A DNA stretch of 37,839 nucleotides from an uncultured virus (IMG/VR IMGVR_UViG_3300025327_000016) (Duplodnaviria > Heunggongvirae > Uroviricota > Caudoviricetes): the IMG/VR virus record IMGVR_UViG_3300025327_000016, positions 62,001 to 99,839 of that record. One strand, written 5' to 3'. The position numbers and the translations under genes were made by a program. Each line of letters opens with the position of its first letter. Within the stretch, counting starts at the first letter, position 1. Shown here piece by piece: positions 1 through 10,426 of this stretch. Under the pieces are notes generated by a model. That model saw only the letters and a program-made list of their open reading frames with translations. It was not told where the DNA came from and made no database searches.

Positions 1-243
1 GATGTGCAATCACCACCTATGAATGGTGCTCCATTAGTTGGGGGAGTACATGAATTGCAGGTAACATATAGTTTTGGTTTTACAATTACACATGCTTATA
101 TAGCCTTACGTGGTGCCGATCCTTGTGCTACAAGGTCGGTACAAACTATAAGTTGGTCTGGTAGTGATGTTACGGTAAAGTATGAACAAGCTGGTACTTG
201 TGCAAATGATGGTGTTGATGCGGTAGTAGTAGCATTTGGTTAA
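1..243 (+). CDS. 3' end of a gene truncated by the window edge; probable tail/virion protein C-terminus
   Basis: Frame is open from base 1 (GAT GTG CAA...) to TAA at 241-243, so the GTG at 4 is probably internal. Beta-rich sequence in a structural context. Confidence 0.5.
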   Translation, partial: DVQSPPMNGAPLVGGVHELQVTYSFGFTITHAYIALRGADPCATRSVQTISWSGSDVTVKYEQAGTCANDGVDAVVVAFG

Positions 244-254
244 GGAGATATTAC

Positions 255-485
255 ATGAGTATTCCAATTTATATTATATGTAGTGGTAATACAGTATGGG
301 GACTATCACCTAGGCGCATGCCAGATCCTATGACTCGTATAGAAGTAGAACTATATATAGAACAATTTAATATACCAGACAACAATATCATACCTGTTAC
401 AGATAGTGATATGTTTAGGGTTATGAATGCTTACAGAGATAAAACATTAATTATTTCTAATGGAACATATCGTATAGGAGCTTAA
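255..485 (+). CDS. hypothetical protein (76 aa), possibly a tail-fibre accessory
   Basis: AGGAG Shine-Dalgarno before the ATG; tightly packed between structural genes. Confidence 0.55.
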   Translation: MSIPIYIICSGNTVWGLSPRRMPDPMTRIEVELYIEQFNIPDNNIIPVTDSDMFRVMNAYRDKTLIISNGTYRIGA

Positions 486-486
486 T

Positions 487-1365
487 ATGTCAACTTCTAA
501 TTATCCTGATAATATAGATCCTGGCTTTATAGCGCGTCAAGATGATATCGACAAGGTGATGGCAGATCATGTTAATCACCTAGAGGATGCTCTTCTTAAG
601 ATACAAAAGACATTAGGCGTTCGTCCTATGGATCAGAACCCTACTGCGGTATGTGTAGAACAAATTAGTCCACGCACAGTAAAGAAGCGAATAGATAAGT
701 TAGAAGAAGAATTATGTAGACTTTACAATGATCTACTTAGTAGAATCCCAGTTGGTGGTCCTGGGCCAGGTGGCACAGGCGTAACACAAATCGTAGCTGG
801 TACCAATATTACAATTAACCCAACTGCTGGTACTGGTATAGTTACTATCAACTCTACAGCTACTGTAAATCCTGGTGTTACAGCAATATCTACAGGCGGC
901 AATGGATTACGAGCCAATGGTGATGTAGTACTTGCGAGTGGTAATGTTGTGATGAGTTTAATAAGTGGACACACCACCAACAACTCTGGTGCTGACGTAG
1001 ATAAATTAGATGGCAAGCATTTGTCTGAAATCATGGCAGATGTTGTAGGTTTAATACCTGCGCCTGATGCTCTTAAATTTACATCTGGTTCATATGCAGG
1101 AAATAACGTATACCCTAGAACTATTAGTTTATCATTTACACCTAAATTAGTTGCAATTTTTAATAATGCAGGATCTAGAAGTCATGATATGGTATTTATA
1201 ACAGATTCACCATCAGGGTTTGCTATTGAAGGCACTACACATAGCACGTCCAGTGATCTAACTCTAACTACCAATGGGTTTACGCTTTCTGATTTTACAA
1301 CCTTTCAATACCCTCAGATTCTCAATAACTTTAGCAATACCTACTATTACCTCGCATTAGGTTAA
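487..1365 (+). CDS. minor tail / fibre-like virion protein
   Basis: N-terminal YPDNID..F...DD.D.V.ADHVNHLEDAL..I...LG motif typical of phage minor tail proteins. IVAGTNITI repeat resembles IIAGTGISI in 33387..35717. Beta-rich C-terminus (GSYAGN..RTISLSFTPK). Confidence 0.6.
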   Translation: MSTSNYPDNIDPGFIARQDDIDKVMADHVNHLEDALLKIQKTLGVRPMDQNPTAVCVEQISPRTVKKRIDKLEEELCRLYNDLLSRIPVGGPGPGGTGVTQIVAGTNITINPTAGTGIVTINSTATVNPGVTAISTGGNGLRANGDVVLASGNVVMSLISGHTTNNSGADVDKLDGKHLSEIMADVVGLIPAPDALKFTSGSYAGNNVYPRTISLSFTPKLVAIFNNAGSRSHDMVFITDSPSGFAIEGTTHSTSSDLTLTTNGFTLSDFTTFQYPQILNNFSNTYYYLALG

Positions 1366-1374
1366 TATTAAAAT

Positions 1375-3054
1375 ATGGGAAACTCCTATGATATCGCAAG
1401 ATACGGCCTAGATGTTTATGGCGCACGCACACTAGGTGTGCGTGCTAAGTTTGGTAATATTTCTCCTATCAATGCAGTTAATTTAGCTTACATATCTATT
1501 CCTCCTATTCTTCCATCCTCAGTAGAAGTACTTGATCTATTACGTGCTGATGAGAAAAATAACTATGGATATGAAAACATCAATCTTGAAGTGATAGATG
1601 GCATATTATCTACACCATTAGGTGGAGAAGTAATATTCAAATCAGAAAACATACTAGTTACAAATATATTTCATCAAAGTGGATTACCTCTTTATTATAA
1701 ATATAAAACCAGACAACTAGTTCAGGTTAATAGTGAAGAAGATTTTTTTAAGCAACATCCCGCATCTGTTGTGATGGAGGGTGGGGATCCATTACCACCT
1801 GGATACTTATACAAATTCACCTTAGAACCATTAGTATCTATCCCTGAGGCACCTAATTTAATGCAACCAGTTGTTTATACAAACTTTACAGGTAGTGAAG
1901 GTACCAGATTTAAGGTGCGTTATAATCCATGGGATAGTATTAAGAACAAGCCTAAGTTTGGATATGAAGAATTACTTAATGTTAGGCCATCTTTCTTTAT
2001 AGCTAAGTATGCTGATGAGAATGCAGTACAATTAATACGTGTCGGACATGGATTTGCTGTACAAGTATTTGATACGACTAAAACATACGCAGCTAAGGTT
2101 ATTAATGGCCCTCAGATATTTACCCTATCTCCTATTACCAGAGATCCATTTAATACATGGTATGTACGCATACGTAGGGGACAACTAAGTGATGGTAGCT
2201 TTTGGAATACAGATTATTACAAACAAAACTTTAATGCTTACGTGCCCATTATGAAATCCATAGAAGAAGAATCTTCTGTTATTACAGAACATAAAATACA
2301 AGTAGCACACCTTAACATATTGATTGATCCAGACTTCCCTATTACAGTAACTCGTAATGGTGTTGTCGTTCCCGAGATTAAGATTAAAGATATAGACGGA
2401 GCTAATGGTGTTATAGAATTATCTAGAATATTTCTAAGTCCAGAAGATCATATTAAGGTTACGTATTCATACCTGGAAGACTATTTAGATTATCGTGGGT
2501 ACATAGACATGTCAGGACAATTTATACACCTAGATGTTAATCTTAATTCACAACATACATTTACAGACTTATGGTTAAAACAATTAGAACAACCATCCAC
2601 CTCCCAAGCAGGTGGTATCCAAGAACCTACATGGAAGTTAATTAACAACACTATCCATCTGTATTATGACGCAACACGTAAGATGATGTGGCACCAAGTA
2701 GGTAATATAACTAATGTACTATGGGCTGATTACAATAAGGATGTTGAGATTGCCCAAGTTAGATTGCAATACCAAATACAAGACCCTATTGTGATAGATA
2801 CTAGGTCTCGTGGTGGTGGAATAAATGAACGAGTACAGCTGCCTAAAGATGCACGCATGTATTGGGATATACACTTCTTTGATGGGGATCCATTTCCTAT
2901 GCACGGTTCTTTTGTTGTAGATGTTAATACACAGAATTTCTCAAGAGACTATATATTGTCTATTGCCAATAAGTGGAAAGCAGCTGGAACATATCCCTTA
3001 CTAACTAAAACGTCAGGTACTCTCCTAGAACCCGAATTGAAATCGGCATTTTAA
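1375..3054 (+). CDS. putative virion structural (baseplate-region) protein, 559 aa
   Basis: Long beta-rich ORF within the structural run. Function inferred from context only. Confidence 0.5.
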   Translation: MGNSYDIARYGLDVYGARTLGVRAKFGNISPINAVNLAYISIPPILPSSVEVLDLLRADEKNNYGYENINLEVIDGILSTPLGGEVIFKSENILVTNIFHQSGLPLYYKYKTRQLVQVNSEEDFFKQHPASVVMEGGDPLPPGYLYKFTLEPLVSIPEAPNLMQPVVYTNFTGSEGTRFKVRYNPWDSIKNKPKFGYEELLNVRPSFFIAKYADENAVQLIRVGHGFAVQVFDTTKTYAAKVINGPQIFTLSPITRDPFNTWYVRIRRGQLSDGSFWNTDYYKQNFNAYVPIMKSIEEESSVITEHKIQVAHLNILIDPDFPITVTRNGVVVPEIKIKDIDGANGVIELSRIFLSPEDHIKVTYSYLEDYLDYRGYIDMSGQFIHLDVNLNSQHTFTDLWLKQLEQPSTSQAGGIQEPTWKLINNTIHLYYDATRKMMWHQVGNITNVLWADYNKDVEIAQVRLQYQIQDPIVIDTRSRGGGINERVQLPKDARMYWDIHFFDGDPFPMHGSFVVDVNTQNFSRDYILSIANKWKAAGTYPLLTKTSGTLLEPELKSAF

Positions 3055-3065
3055 TATGCTATACT
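3037..3065 (+). promoter_or_regulatory. sigma70/sigmaA-type promoter with extended -10
   Basis: TTGAAA (3037-3042), 17 nt spacer, TATACT (3060-3065), TG at 3057-3058. The ATG at 3076 follows 10 nt later. Confidence 0.65.
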
Positions 3066-3075
3066 AGATAAAGAT

Positions 3076-5712
3076 ATGTCCATATTAGATCAATACAAAA
3101 CTATCATACCTAAATTCCAAGCTAACGAGATAGATTTAGCATTCTCGTTAGATACAGCTATTTCAATCCCTCTTCAATCAGAGAATCCCACGATCACCAT
3201 AACGAAAATATCTTCTACCGAGATAACACGCCTATCTTCAGAAGCAATGAATGGTTTAATGTCAACAACTGCTGTGGATATTAAATCTCTATTTGCGTCA
3301 TCTAACTTTTTACGAGGCAAAATTACTACTCTTGAGCGTTTAGGTAGTGATACGCTCCTTAATCTGGAGCGTGATCTTACTCGCTTAGAGAACCTAGTCG
3401 AAGAAGGATATTTCAGACAATGGGCAGCTAGAGAAGGATACTCATTAGCATTTCATGAAACATTTGCAGACAATACCAAAGTAGAAGATAGTGATATTTG
3501 GTATAATACAACTGATCGTAAGGGGACTGTTAATGTTGATGAACAAATAGTAACCCTACAAGTAGTTAATGAATTTGATAGAATACATGCTCCAGTAGAT
3601 GAAATCAACATAGCTAATGTCAAGGTTATAGATCAGTACGGCTATGTATCTAAAGTATTTCAATCGTTACGTGAACCTAAGAATGCCATAGATAATTCAA
3701 CAGATAATTTCTGGGGAGAAGTTGCCGTAACTGAAGAACCTATAAGCTTGTATGTTAATCTAACAGAGAAATATAATTACCCACAATTTAATAATAATGA
3801 TGTAACTATTGACCGTGGTGCGGTAGCCGTACTACAAATAGAGTTTAAAAACATGCAGATACTTAATACTATTCAAATAGCTCCATTTACAGAGTATCCT
3901 GTGCGTATTATGGGGATAGCTGCATTAGATGCAGCAGGACAACTAATTAAATATGTTTATATAGGTCAAGAATATATTAATCAAACTACTACTTTTAATT
4001 TTCCATCAGTAGATGGAGTACAATATCTCAATATAATCCTACATCAACCTCACTTTAGAAAAGATGTCTTCTTGATTACTGACGATCAAAAGCGTCAGAC
4101 AACACTATGGAGACAGATAATAGGTGAACACCCTATCGTTGGTACGCCTAAATTACAACTTGGTAAAACAATAGAAGACACATTTGACTTGGCCTTAGAG
4201 GCTATTAAGCCAACCACTAGTCAAGTAGTGCCATATATACAATATGTTTACGTATATGGCATACACGATCTAAGAGTATGGCATAGAGTATATGCTAGTG
4301 ATAGCGTTATAGTCTCTAGACCCTATGAAACGATACGTAATGTAATACAGGGTGCTTTATTTACTAAGGAAGATATACCTCTAGACAACAATGGTTTTCC
4401 CAAGGCAACTATAGAGTACGATATTACCTTTGATGATGGTAATCCGTTCTATCCAATTGCTCCCATTAATAAGGCATTTATCTACGAACAGCAAACAGGT
4501 ATTGCTCCTGGTAAATTACTGCCTCGCTTATTTATTAAGACGGTTATGCAAGTGTGGGACACCTCTGGTAATACTATAAATATAGATGCATATGATCGAA
4601 CTACTATTACATCAGCCAACATAGTAGCAGACCAAGAATATGTTATTCAATATATACCAGATGATGTATCTAGATTTGCTGACCTAGTATTTGGTACAGA
4701 GATAGATAAGATAAAACATACAACTGAGGTAATTACAGGCGGAACAGATCGTAATCAAATCTTACAGCTTAAGAGAGAACCATATGTTAATCATGGATTA
4801 ATATCTTCTGGATACAACCCTAATGGTAAGGTAGATAGCGGTGATTATGTACCCGTACAAGTTATGGTAGATAACGCTAATTTACCAGTAATCATCGATG
4901 GCATAGATACAACAATACAAAAGATTACACAAGATACTACTAAGAAATCAGATGTAGAGATACCGTTTGTATATAACGAAACAGATTATATAGCAGTATC
5001 AGATGTTACACTACCAGAATATGATAGAGAAGTTGGAGAGCTAGGATATATACACCTAGCCAATAGACTAGTACTTAATGCTTCGCTAGATCCAACAGCT
5101 AAGATAAGAGTTAACTATGATAGAGCAATAGATAATCTACGAATACGCGTTAGGATGCGTAGACACGTAAACGACACTTCTATTACGCCTAAGGTATTTG
5201 CATATATGCTTGTTGCAAGAGAAGGGAATATCTCAAGCGAAGAACAAGAAGGATCTCTTGGAAATATATGGGGAGGTGCTCAGGTTATACCTAGTACATC
5301 TCTTGTATATGAAACCACAACTCCTTCTATAACTAAGTTCTTACGTATTATAAATGCGGGTAACGCTCCAGATACGTATACATTTAAAATTACAGGGCTA
5401 ACTAATGTAAGTTCTATAATATTAGTAGACGACTTAGGTCTTAATCAGTTTATAGATGGTATAGATCCAGTAATTGTTAGTGGAGTAGTTCCAAATATTA
5501 GCGGTAGCATGAGTAGGACATTAAACGTAGGACAGTCTATGTCCTTAGGTTTGATGATTACTACATCTACTCTACCTTCAATTGTTAATATGTTAATTAT
5601 ATCTAAATATCCCGTAGATTGGACTGAGAACGAGAATTGGACAGGTGTGCCTCCAGCCTCAGCGGAGGCTAAATTTACAACACCAATTACTATAAACATA
5701 GTGTCAGCTTAA
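3076..5712 (+). CDS. large virion structural protein with discoidin/galactose-binding-like domain (paralog family member 1)
   Basis: N-terminal helical/coiled-coil region; NAIDNSTDNFW ... IQIAPF ... LNIILHQ ... YGIHDL core; TPKVFAYML motif; extra Ig-like C-terminal tail (IINAGNAPDTYTF). Confidence 0.6.
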   Translation: MSILDQYKTIIPKFQANEIDLAFSLDTAISIPLQSENPTITITKISSTEITRLSSEAMNGLMSTTAVDIKSLFASSNFLRGKITTLERLGSDTLLNLERDLTRLENLVEEGYFRQWAAREGYSLAFHETFADNTKVEDSDIWYNTTDRKGTVNVDEQIVTLQVVNEFDRIHAPVDEINIANVKVIDQYGYVSKVFQSLREPKNAIDNSTDNFWGEVAVTEEPISLYVNLTEKYNYPQFNNNDVTIDRGAVAVLQIEFKNMQILNTIQIAPFTEYPVRIMGIAALDAAGQLIKYVYIGQEYINQTTTFNFPSVDGVQYLNIILHQPHFRKDVFLITDDQKRQTTLWRQIIGEHPIVGTPKLQLGKTIEDTFDLALEAIKPTTSQVVPYIQYVYVYGIHDLRVWHRVYASDSVIVSRPYETIRNVIQGALFTKEDIPLDNNGFPKATIEYDITFDDGNPFYPIAPINKAFIYEQQTGIAPGKLLPRLFIKTVMQVWDTSGNTINIDAYDRTTITSANIVADQEYVIQYIPDDVSRFADLVFGTEIDKIKHTTEVITGGTDRNQILQLKREPYVNHGLISSGYNPNGKVDSGDYVPVQVMVDNANLPVIIDGIDTTIQKITQDTTKKSDVEIPFVYNETDYIAVSDVTLPEYDREVGELGYIHLANRLVLNASLDPTAKIRVNYDRAIDNLRIRVRMRRHVNDTSITPKVFAYMLVAREGNISSEEQEGSLGNIWGGAQVIPSTSLVYETTTPSITKFLRIINAGNAPDTYTFKITGLTNVSSIILVDDLGLNQFIDGIDPVIVSGVVPNISGSMSRTLNVGQSMSLGLMITTSTLPSIVNMLIISKYPVDWTENENWTGVPPASAEAKFTTPITINIVSA

Positions 5713-5722
5713 GGAAATACAA

Positions 5723-7237
5723 ATGGCTAATCCATCTCTATATCAAATACAATCAATTATAGCTAATGAGCAGGGCAACGATATCATAGAAGCCCTTAAA
5801 TTAGCTTTTGGTAAAGATCTACAAACACAACTATCCATACTTCAAGTATTAATACAGTCTATAGATAGTTACTACACAAACATAGGACAACCAAGGATCG
5901 AAGATCATTTCTTTGTAGGTATGCCTATTGCAGAAGATATAAATACCCTACAAGAACAAATGCGATTAGATATTAATCTTCTCTTTAAAGAGCATTTTAC
6001 TATTACTCATACATTAGATGAATTATTTGCACTACATAATGTAGAGAATGATTACCTCATAGCTCTTCATACAAAGATAGAAAATGATGTAACTATATAT
6101 TCTACACCTAAATCGAGTGCAGGTAGTATGATTAAGTTCTTTGTTGGTGATGACTTCAACGATGATAGTAGGGTAGATAAGGCAGAGTCCACAGGTGTAA
6201 TCGAAAATGGTGGAGCTATGCTTGCCAAACAAGGTTTTAGTGACTACACAGATGAGGTTGTATTGGCAGTTGATAACTCAGTTGTAGATCTTGCACTTAA
6301 TCCTTCTGTGAAACCCATGTTAGAAGCTGGTCCTCCTAAGGGCAGTATAACATTTAGAAGCAATGGCTTCCCTGGTAATACACATGAAGTTAATACAACA
6401 GTAAGTAAGGATAGTGGTTCTTTCTCAAGCAACATAAGTTTTGTTGGAGAAGAAGATCTTCACAATAATATACTAAATATTATTGATAAAGACCCTACTA
6501 CATGGTATGAGTATGAGGTGGTGAATGTTAAGCCATCTCTTAAGGCAGATCCCGCTATGTGCTACGGATTCTCATTTACATTAGGTGACGAAGGTAGCAC
6601 GAAGTATATTCATTGGGATGATTTCACAGATAGTCATCTTGGTTCCATTGTATTTGATCCTCAACAAGTTAATCCCCCAGACATACATAAGTCTGCTCCT
6701 GAAAACATATTCACACAGAGTATTCAAGACAGAAGACTCATACAAGATACCAACATATCAGATGTATCATCAAATATAATACCTTCTATGCCATTAGCCA
6801 ACGCACCTAAGAATCAATGTGTTCCTGGTGCGCCCCAGACAGGAAAGCCATTAAGACTAGGTATTAAAGTAGTTCTTCAACAAGAACGTATACTTAATCG
6901 CATATCTATATTACCTAAGATAATTAACGGCAGAGCTCCTCGTATTATATCTATACAGGTAGCTCCCGATCCAGAGACAGCTAAGTTTGCTGGAACTACA
7001 TGGGAGTGGAGGACAGTAACGAGAGAGTCCTCATTTAATCCTACGCTTATAGATCTAAATGAGAATATTACACCTGAAACTACAGAGCAAGATACGATTA
7101 TATTTGAACCTAGACCAGTGAGATATATACGAATACTTTTAGAGCAACCACAGTCCTATCCTACGCGCATAGGACACATATATTGGATACAAAGAGATAC
7201 AACAGTTACAACTAAAGTTAAGACAGGATTATTTTAA
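5723..7237 (+). CDS. virion structural protein, N-terminal part of paralog family member 2
   Basis: NIIDKDPTTW, NRISILP and YIRILLEQP match the N-terminal half of the neighbouring paralogs. The C-terminal motifs are missing and are found in the next ORF. Confidence 0.6.
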   Translation: MANPSLYQIQSIIANEQGNDIIEALKLAFGKDLQTQLSILQVLIQSIDSYYTNIGQPRIEDHFFVGMPIAEDINTLQEQMRLDINLLFKEHFTITHTLDELFALHNVENDYLIALHTKIENDVTIYSTPKSSAGSMIKFFVGDDFNDDSRVDKAESTGVIENGGAMLAKQGFSDYTDEVVLAVDNSVVDLALNPSVKPMLEAGPPKGSITFRSNGFPGNTHEVNTTVSKDSGSFSSNISFVGEEDLHNNILNIIDKDPTTWYEYEVVNVKPSLKADPAMCYGFSFTLGDEGSTKYIHWDDFTDSHLGSIVFDPQQVNPPDIHKSAPENIFTQSIQDRRLIQDTNISDVSSNIIPSMPLANAPKNQCVPGAPQTGKPLRLGIKVVLQQERILNRISILPKIINGRAPRIISIQVAPDPETAKFAGTTWEWRTVTRESSFNPTLIDLNENITPETTEQDTIIFEPRPVRYIRILLEQPQSYPTRIGHIYWIQRDTTVTTKVKTGLF

Positions 7238-7239
7238 AC

Positions 7240-8340
7240 ATGGGCGGCATCTTTGGTGGTAAGCCAAAAGTTAAGCAATCAGTGAGTGTTACCGAACGGC
7301 GCATTCCAGGCCCAGATCCCTCACTGGAGATATTATATGGACAGAGCATAGGTGCAGCAACACCAGCTCTAGCGTCCATAAATAATCCCATTCTTTCATC
7401 GCTATCTCCTTCGTTAACCAACATAGCTTCTGGTCTTACGGGATTACCTGGACTTGGTAGTATGGCGTCTAATCCTCTAGGATCTCTTACTCAGTTAGTT
7501 AATCCTCAGCAATTGCTTGGCAATATAGGTGGCCTAGGTAATCTAGGTAGTATATTTGGCGGAGGCATGGGTTCTAATATACTGGGAGCTGGAGGACTAT
7601 CATCCTTTATAGGTCCATCTGCGGGTGGTGCTCTAGGTAGCGTTATAGGCGGAGTTGTTCCTGGATTAGGTGGAGGAGGCTTATCTGGCATCTTAGGTTC
7701 AGGGACAATAGGTATACCTGGAATTGGTGGATTAGGAGGATTGGGAGGTGCTTTGGGTGCAGTGGGCACAGCCCTACCAATCATCAGTGGTGTTCTTGGA
7801 GCAATAGGGGGGCTTTTTGGTAAGACAAAAAAGACCGTACAAACCACCACAGAAGTCCTTGGTCCCTTCTTAGAATCATTTGAAGGCTGGAGATATGCTA
7901 TAGCTCTCAGAGATATATCAATACTATCTGAAAGATATGCGGCTCAATCTCAAATGGTGTCATCCAACTTTATAACACCATTTAATATTAGAACAGTTCG
8001 ATTAGTTGTATCAGAAAATATACCTTCCGAGAAATTAGCTCCCTCTTTTGATAGAACAACAGAGTGGATACAGTACTCCATAAGTATGGATGGAGGACAG
8101 AGTTGGTATAGGATAGCACCTAAGAGTCATGTATTTGCTAGTGTACCCAGAAAATATATTATCAATCAAGAACTTCCAGAAGGCGCAGATCCTACTAAAT
8201 TAGGCAGTATCATGACCCAAGATAATAAGGCTTTTGAAATTAAATTTATGGCAGTGATTACGCGACCTAGCGACCAAGAGAACCTAACACCTATTCTTAA
8301 TGGATATAGGCTTCTACTAGAAGGAGATACAGAACTTTAA
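7240..8340 (+). CDS. Gly-rich virion protein, C-terminal part of paralog family member 2
   Basis: Gly/Leu-rich low-complexity tract followed by YAIALRDI, SENIP, YSISMDGGQSWYRIAP and TPILNGYRL, which match the C-terminal halves of 3076..5712 and 8342..10423. Confidence 0.6.
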   Translation: MGGIFGGKPKVKQSVSVTERRIPGPDPSLEILYGQSIGAATPALASINNPILSSLSPSLTNIASGLTGLPGLGSMASNPLGSLTQLVNPQQLLGNIGGLGNLGSIFGGGMGSNILGAGGLSSFIGPSAGGALGSVIGGVVPGLGGGGLSGILGSGTIGIPGIGGLGGLGGALGAVGTALPIISGVLGAIGGLFGKTKKTVQTTTEVLGPFLESFEGWRYAIALRDISILSERYAAQSQMVSSNFITPFNIRTVRLVVSENIPSEKLAPSFDRTTEWIQYSISMDGGQSWYRIAPKSHVFASVPRKYIINQELPEGADPTKLGSIMTQDNKAFEIKFMAVITRPSDQENLTPILNGYRLLLEGDTEL

Positions 8341-8341
8341 C

Positions 8342-10423
8342 ATGAGTATAAGACGCATACAACTAGAAAGACTATCTAATAAAGTATTAACCAAACTTTT
8401 ACAAGGAGGACATTTCCCTTCGGTACAAGCTTTCTTTGGCGGACTCATTAAGTCAATTGGCAATACTATTTTAGGTAGTCCATTAACTAAGTTCTTTAAA
8501 ATAAAACGCAGGTCAGTTAGTAATCCTATTACGCTCAATTACTTCTTATCTACGGTAGTTGAGGATATTAGTACTCTCTATGAAGAGGGAAAGAATCAAG
8601 TTAATGACATGCTCAAAGACTTTGATATTAAAACTACTTGGAGAGAACGCATACGATTACGTCTTCTAGGTATTAAAGAATCTATGGTTAAGATAATACA
8701 GCCACCTCCTCATGTCATACAGCGCTTAATACGAAGTGATGAATTTGTAGATACCAATAATACAGATGCTTTTGTTAACTTACCTGAAGGATGTATACAG
8801 CTTAACTACCATGACTCTCTTAGTAATAAGGTAGACTTACGAGGCTCTAATATTACCGTAACTTATAGTAATAGTTCTGAGGCAGAGACCAAGTCACCTC
8901 TTGAAAATTTACTTGATGATAGTGAGAATACCACATGGCACAGTATAGTTACTACGGATCAGGATGTACTTATAGCAGAGGTACTAGTTGAATTACCCAC
9001 TCCTCAAACAGTTACTAGGATAGAGCTACGTCCCCATTCAGTCGACACAACAATCATAGGCGTAGTAGTTAATCAGGATAATATCCTAGCTAAGAGGCAA
9101 GTTGATATTAGTAGAACTATATCATGGGATATAGGACCCATACTTGTATCGTCTATTACTATCCAGATGATAAAGAAGAAACCTGATATCACCATAGGCT
9201 CTTCTAAGAAGTTTCACTTTGGTCTTCAAAACATCAGTTTACTCTATCTTAAATACCTCCCAGAAGCACACATTTCAACCACAACACACAACTTTATCGA
9301 AGGTGATAAGGTAATACCCCTAGGTACGTTTAGATTACAAGCACAAGAAGAAAAACCTGGAGCGACAACAACACATTGGTCATATTCATTTAATAATAAA
9401 GACTGGATGGGATTGGATATCCAAGGTAAGAATCACGTAGCATTCTTAAAACCAGAGCTTACACAAAATATTACGCCTACCTCATGGGGTTTCTTTGATG
9501 CGAAGAATCGCATCCTTACTACTGCTGTAGATCTAAGTACGGGAGATATAACTACTAATTTTAAGAATATAGACTACATAGGAGTCACTAGAGGTATAGA
9601 TTATTGGAAGGTGGAATCATATCAATATGCTTTCTCTGAACGATTATCCATACCCGACCAACCCCCTACCCTTACTGACTTTATAGATCTACGAGGTGGA
9701 TTAAAGAATAGGCTCAATACCAAAGGCGATGTTCTTATTAGATATCAACATCGTAATGCCATAGACTTTCCTTACTACGAGAAGATCGTTGAGCAGGATG
9801 CATTATTATTCCCCACGGAACGCATACTACATAAATTTACAGCTATCATAAATGTTAAGAAAGATATAGTACTTGCAGATCTATTAGCTCTTCAGCGCTT
9901 AGTATTCCCAGTTTCATTCCCTATATTTAAAGATATGTTTAGGACAAGTATATATGTCAACGATAAAAAGATATCTATTAATACCCAAAATAGTAATAGT
10001 ACAGCGTCTATATCTCTAAAGCTCAATCTTGGGCGTAATACAATTACTATACTTACTAATGGATTTTATATACCTCAAGGTACTACTAAGCTTATAGAGA
10101 CATCTACCTTAGATCCATATACATCTGATGGGCGTATTACATGGCAGGCAGAAGATGAATCATTAACAAAAGTAACTCTTTCTGAGCTATTCTTCCAAAC
10201 AGCACGTAGTGATAATGGTAGGTTTGCTCTCGATGGAAATAACCTAGTAATTAATCATTACCCAACAGTACCCCTCTTGGTGCGTTACGCCGAGCGTCCC
10301 AGCGGGACACCCGATACTATATACATCAGAGCTACCCTACAAGGAGATCCTAAGAATCCACACATAACCCCAAGAATATATGGTTACCAACTACTTATGG
10401 GTTACGAAAAGGAAATAATATAA
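8342..10423 (+). CDS. large virion structural protein (paralog family member 3)
   Basis: NLLDDSENTTW, RIELRP, FHFGLQNI, QEEKP and TPRIYGYQL motifs shared with its neighbours. Confidence 0.6.
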   Translation: MSIRRIQLERLSNKVLTKLLQGGHFPSVQAFFGGLIKSIGNTILGSPLTKFFKIKRRSVSNPITLNYFLSTVVEDISTLYEEGKNQVNDMLKDFDIKTTWRERIRLRLLGIKESMVKIIQPPPHVIQRLIRSDEFVDTNNTDAFVNLPEGCIQLNYHDSLSNKVDLRGSNITVTYSNSSEAETKSPLENLLDDSENTTWHSIVTTDQDVLIAEVLVELPTPQTVTRIELRPHSVDTTIIGVVVNQDNILAKRQVDISRTISWDIGPILVSSITIQMIKKKPDITIGSSKKFHFGLQNISLLYLKYLPEAHISTTTHNFIEGDKVIPLGTFRLQAQEEKPGATTTHWSYSFNNKDWMGLDIQGKNHVAFLKPELTQNITPTSWGFFDAKNRILTTAVDLSTGDITTNFKNIDYIGVTRGIDYWKVESYQYAFSERLSIPDQPPTLTDFIDLRGGLKNRLNTKGDVLIRYQHRNAIDFPYYEKIVEQDALLFPTERILHKFTAIINVKKDIVLADLLALQRLVFPVSFPIFKDMFRTSIYVNDKKISINTQNSNSTASISLKLNLGRNTITILTNGFYIPQGTTKLIETSTLDPYTSDGRITWQAEDESLTKVTLSELFFQTARSDNGRFALDGNNLVINHYPTVPLLVRYAERPSGTPDTIYIRATLQGDPKNPHITPRIYGYQLLMGYEKEII

Positions 10424-10426
10424 TCT

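Noticed and set aside
7233..7239. TTTAAAC as a canonical -1 slippery heptamer
   Set aside because: Its T-TTA-AAC phase is that of the downstream ORF, not the upstream one, so classical tandem -1 slippage does not explain the junction. The split itself is kept as a finding.
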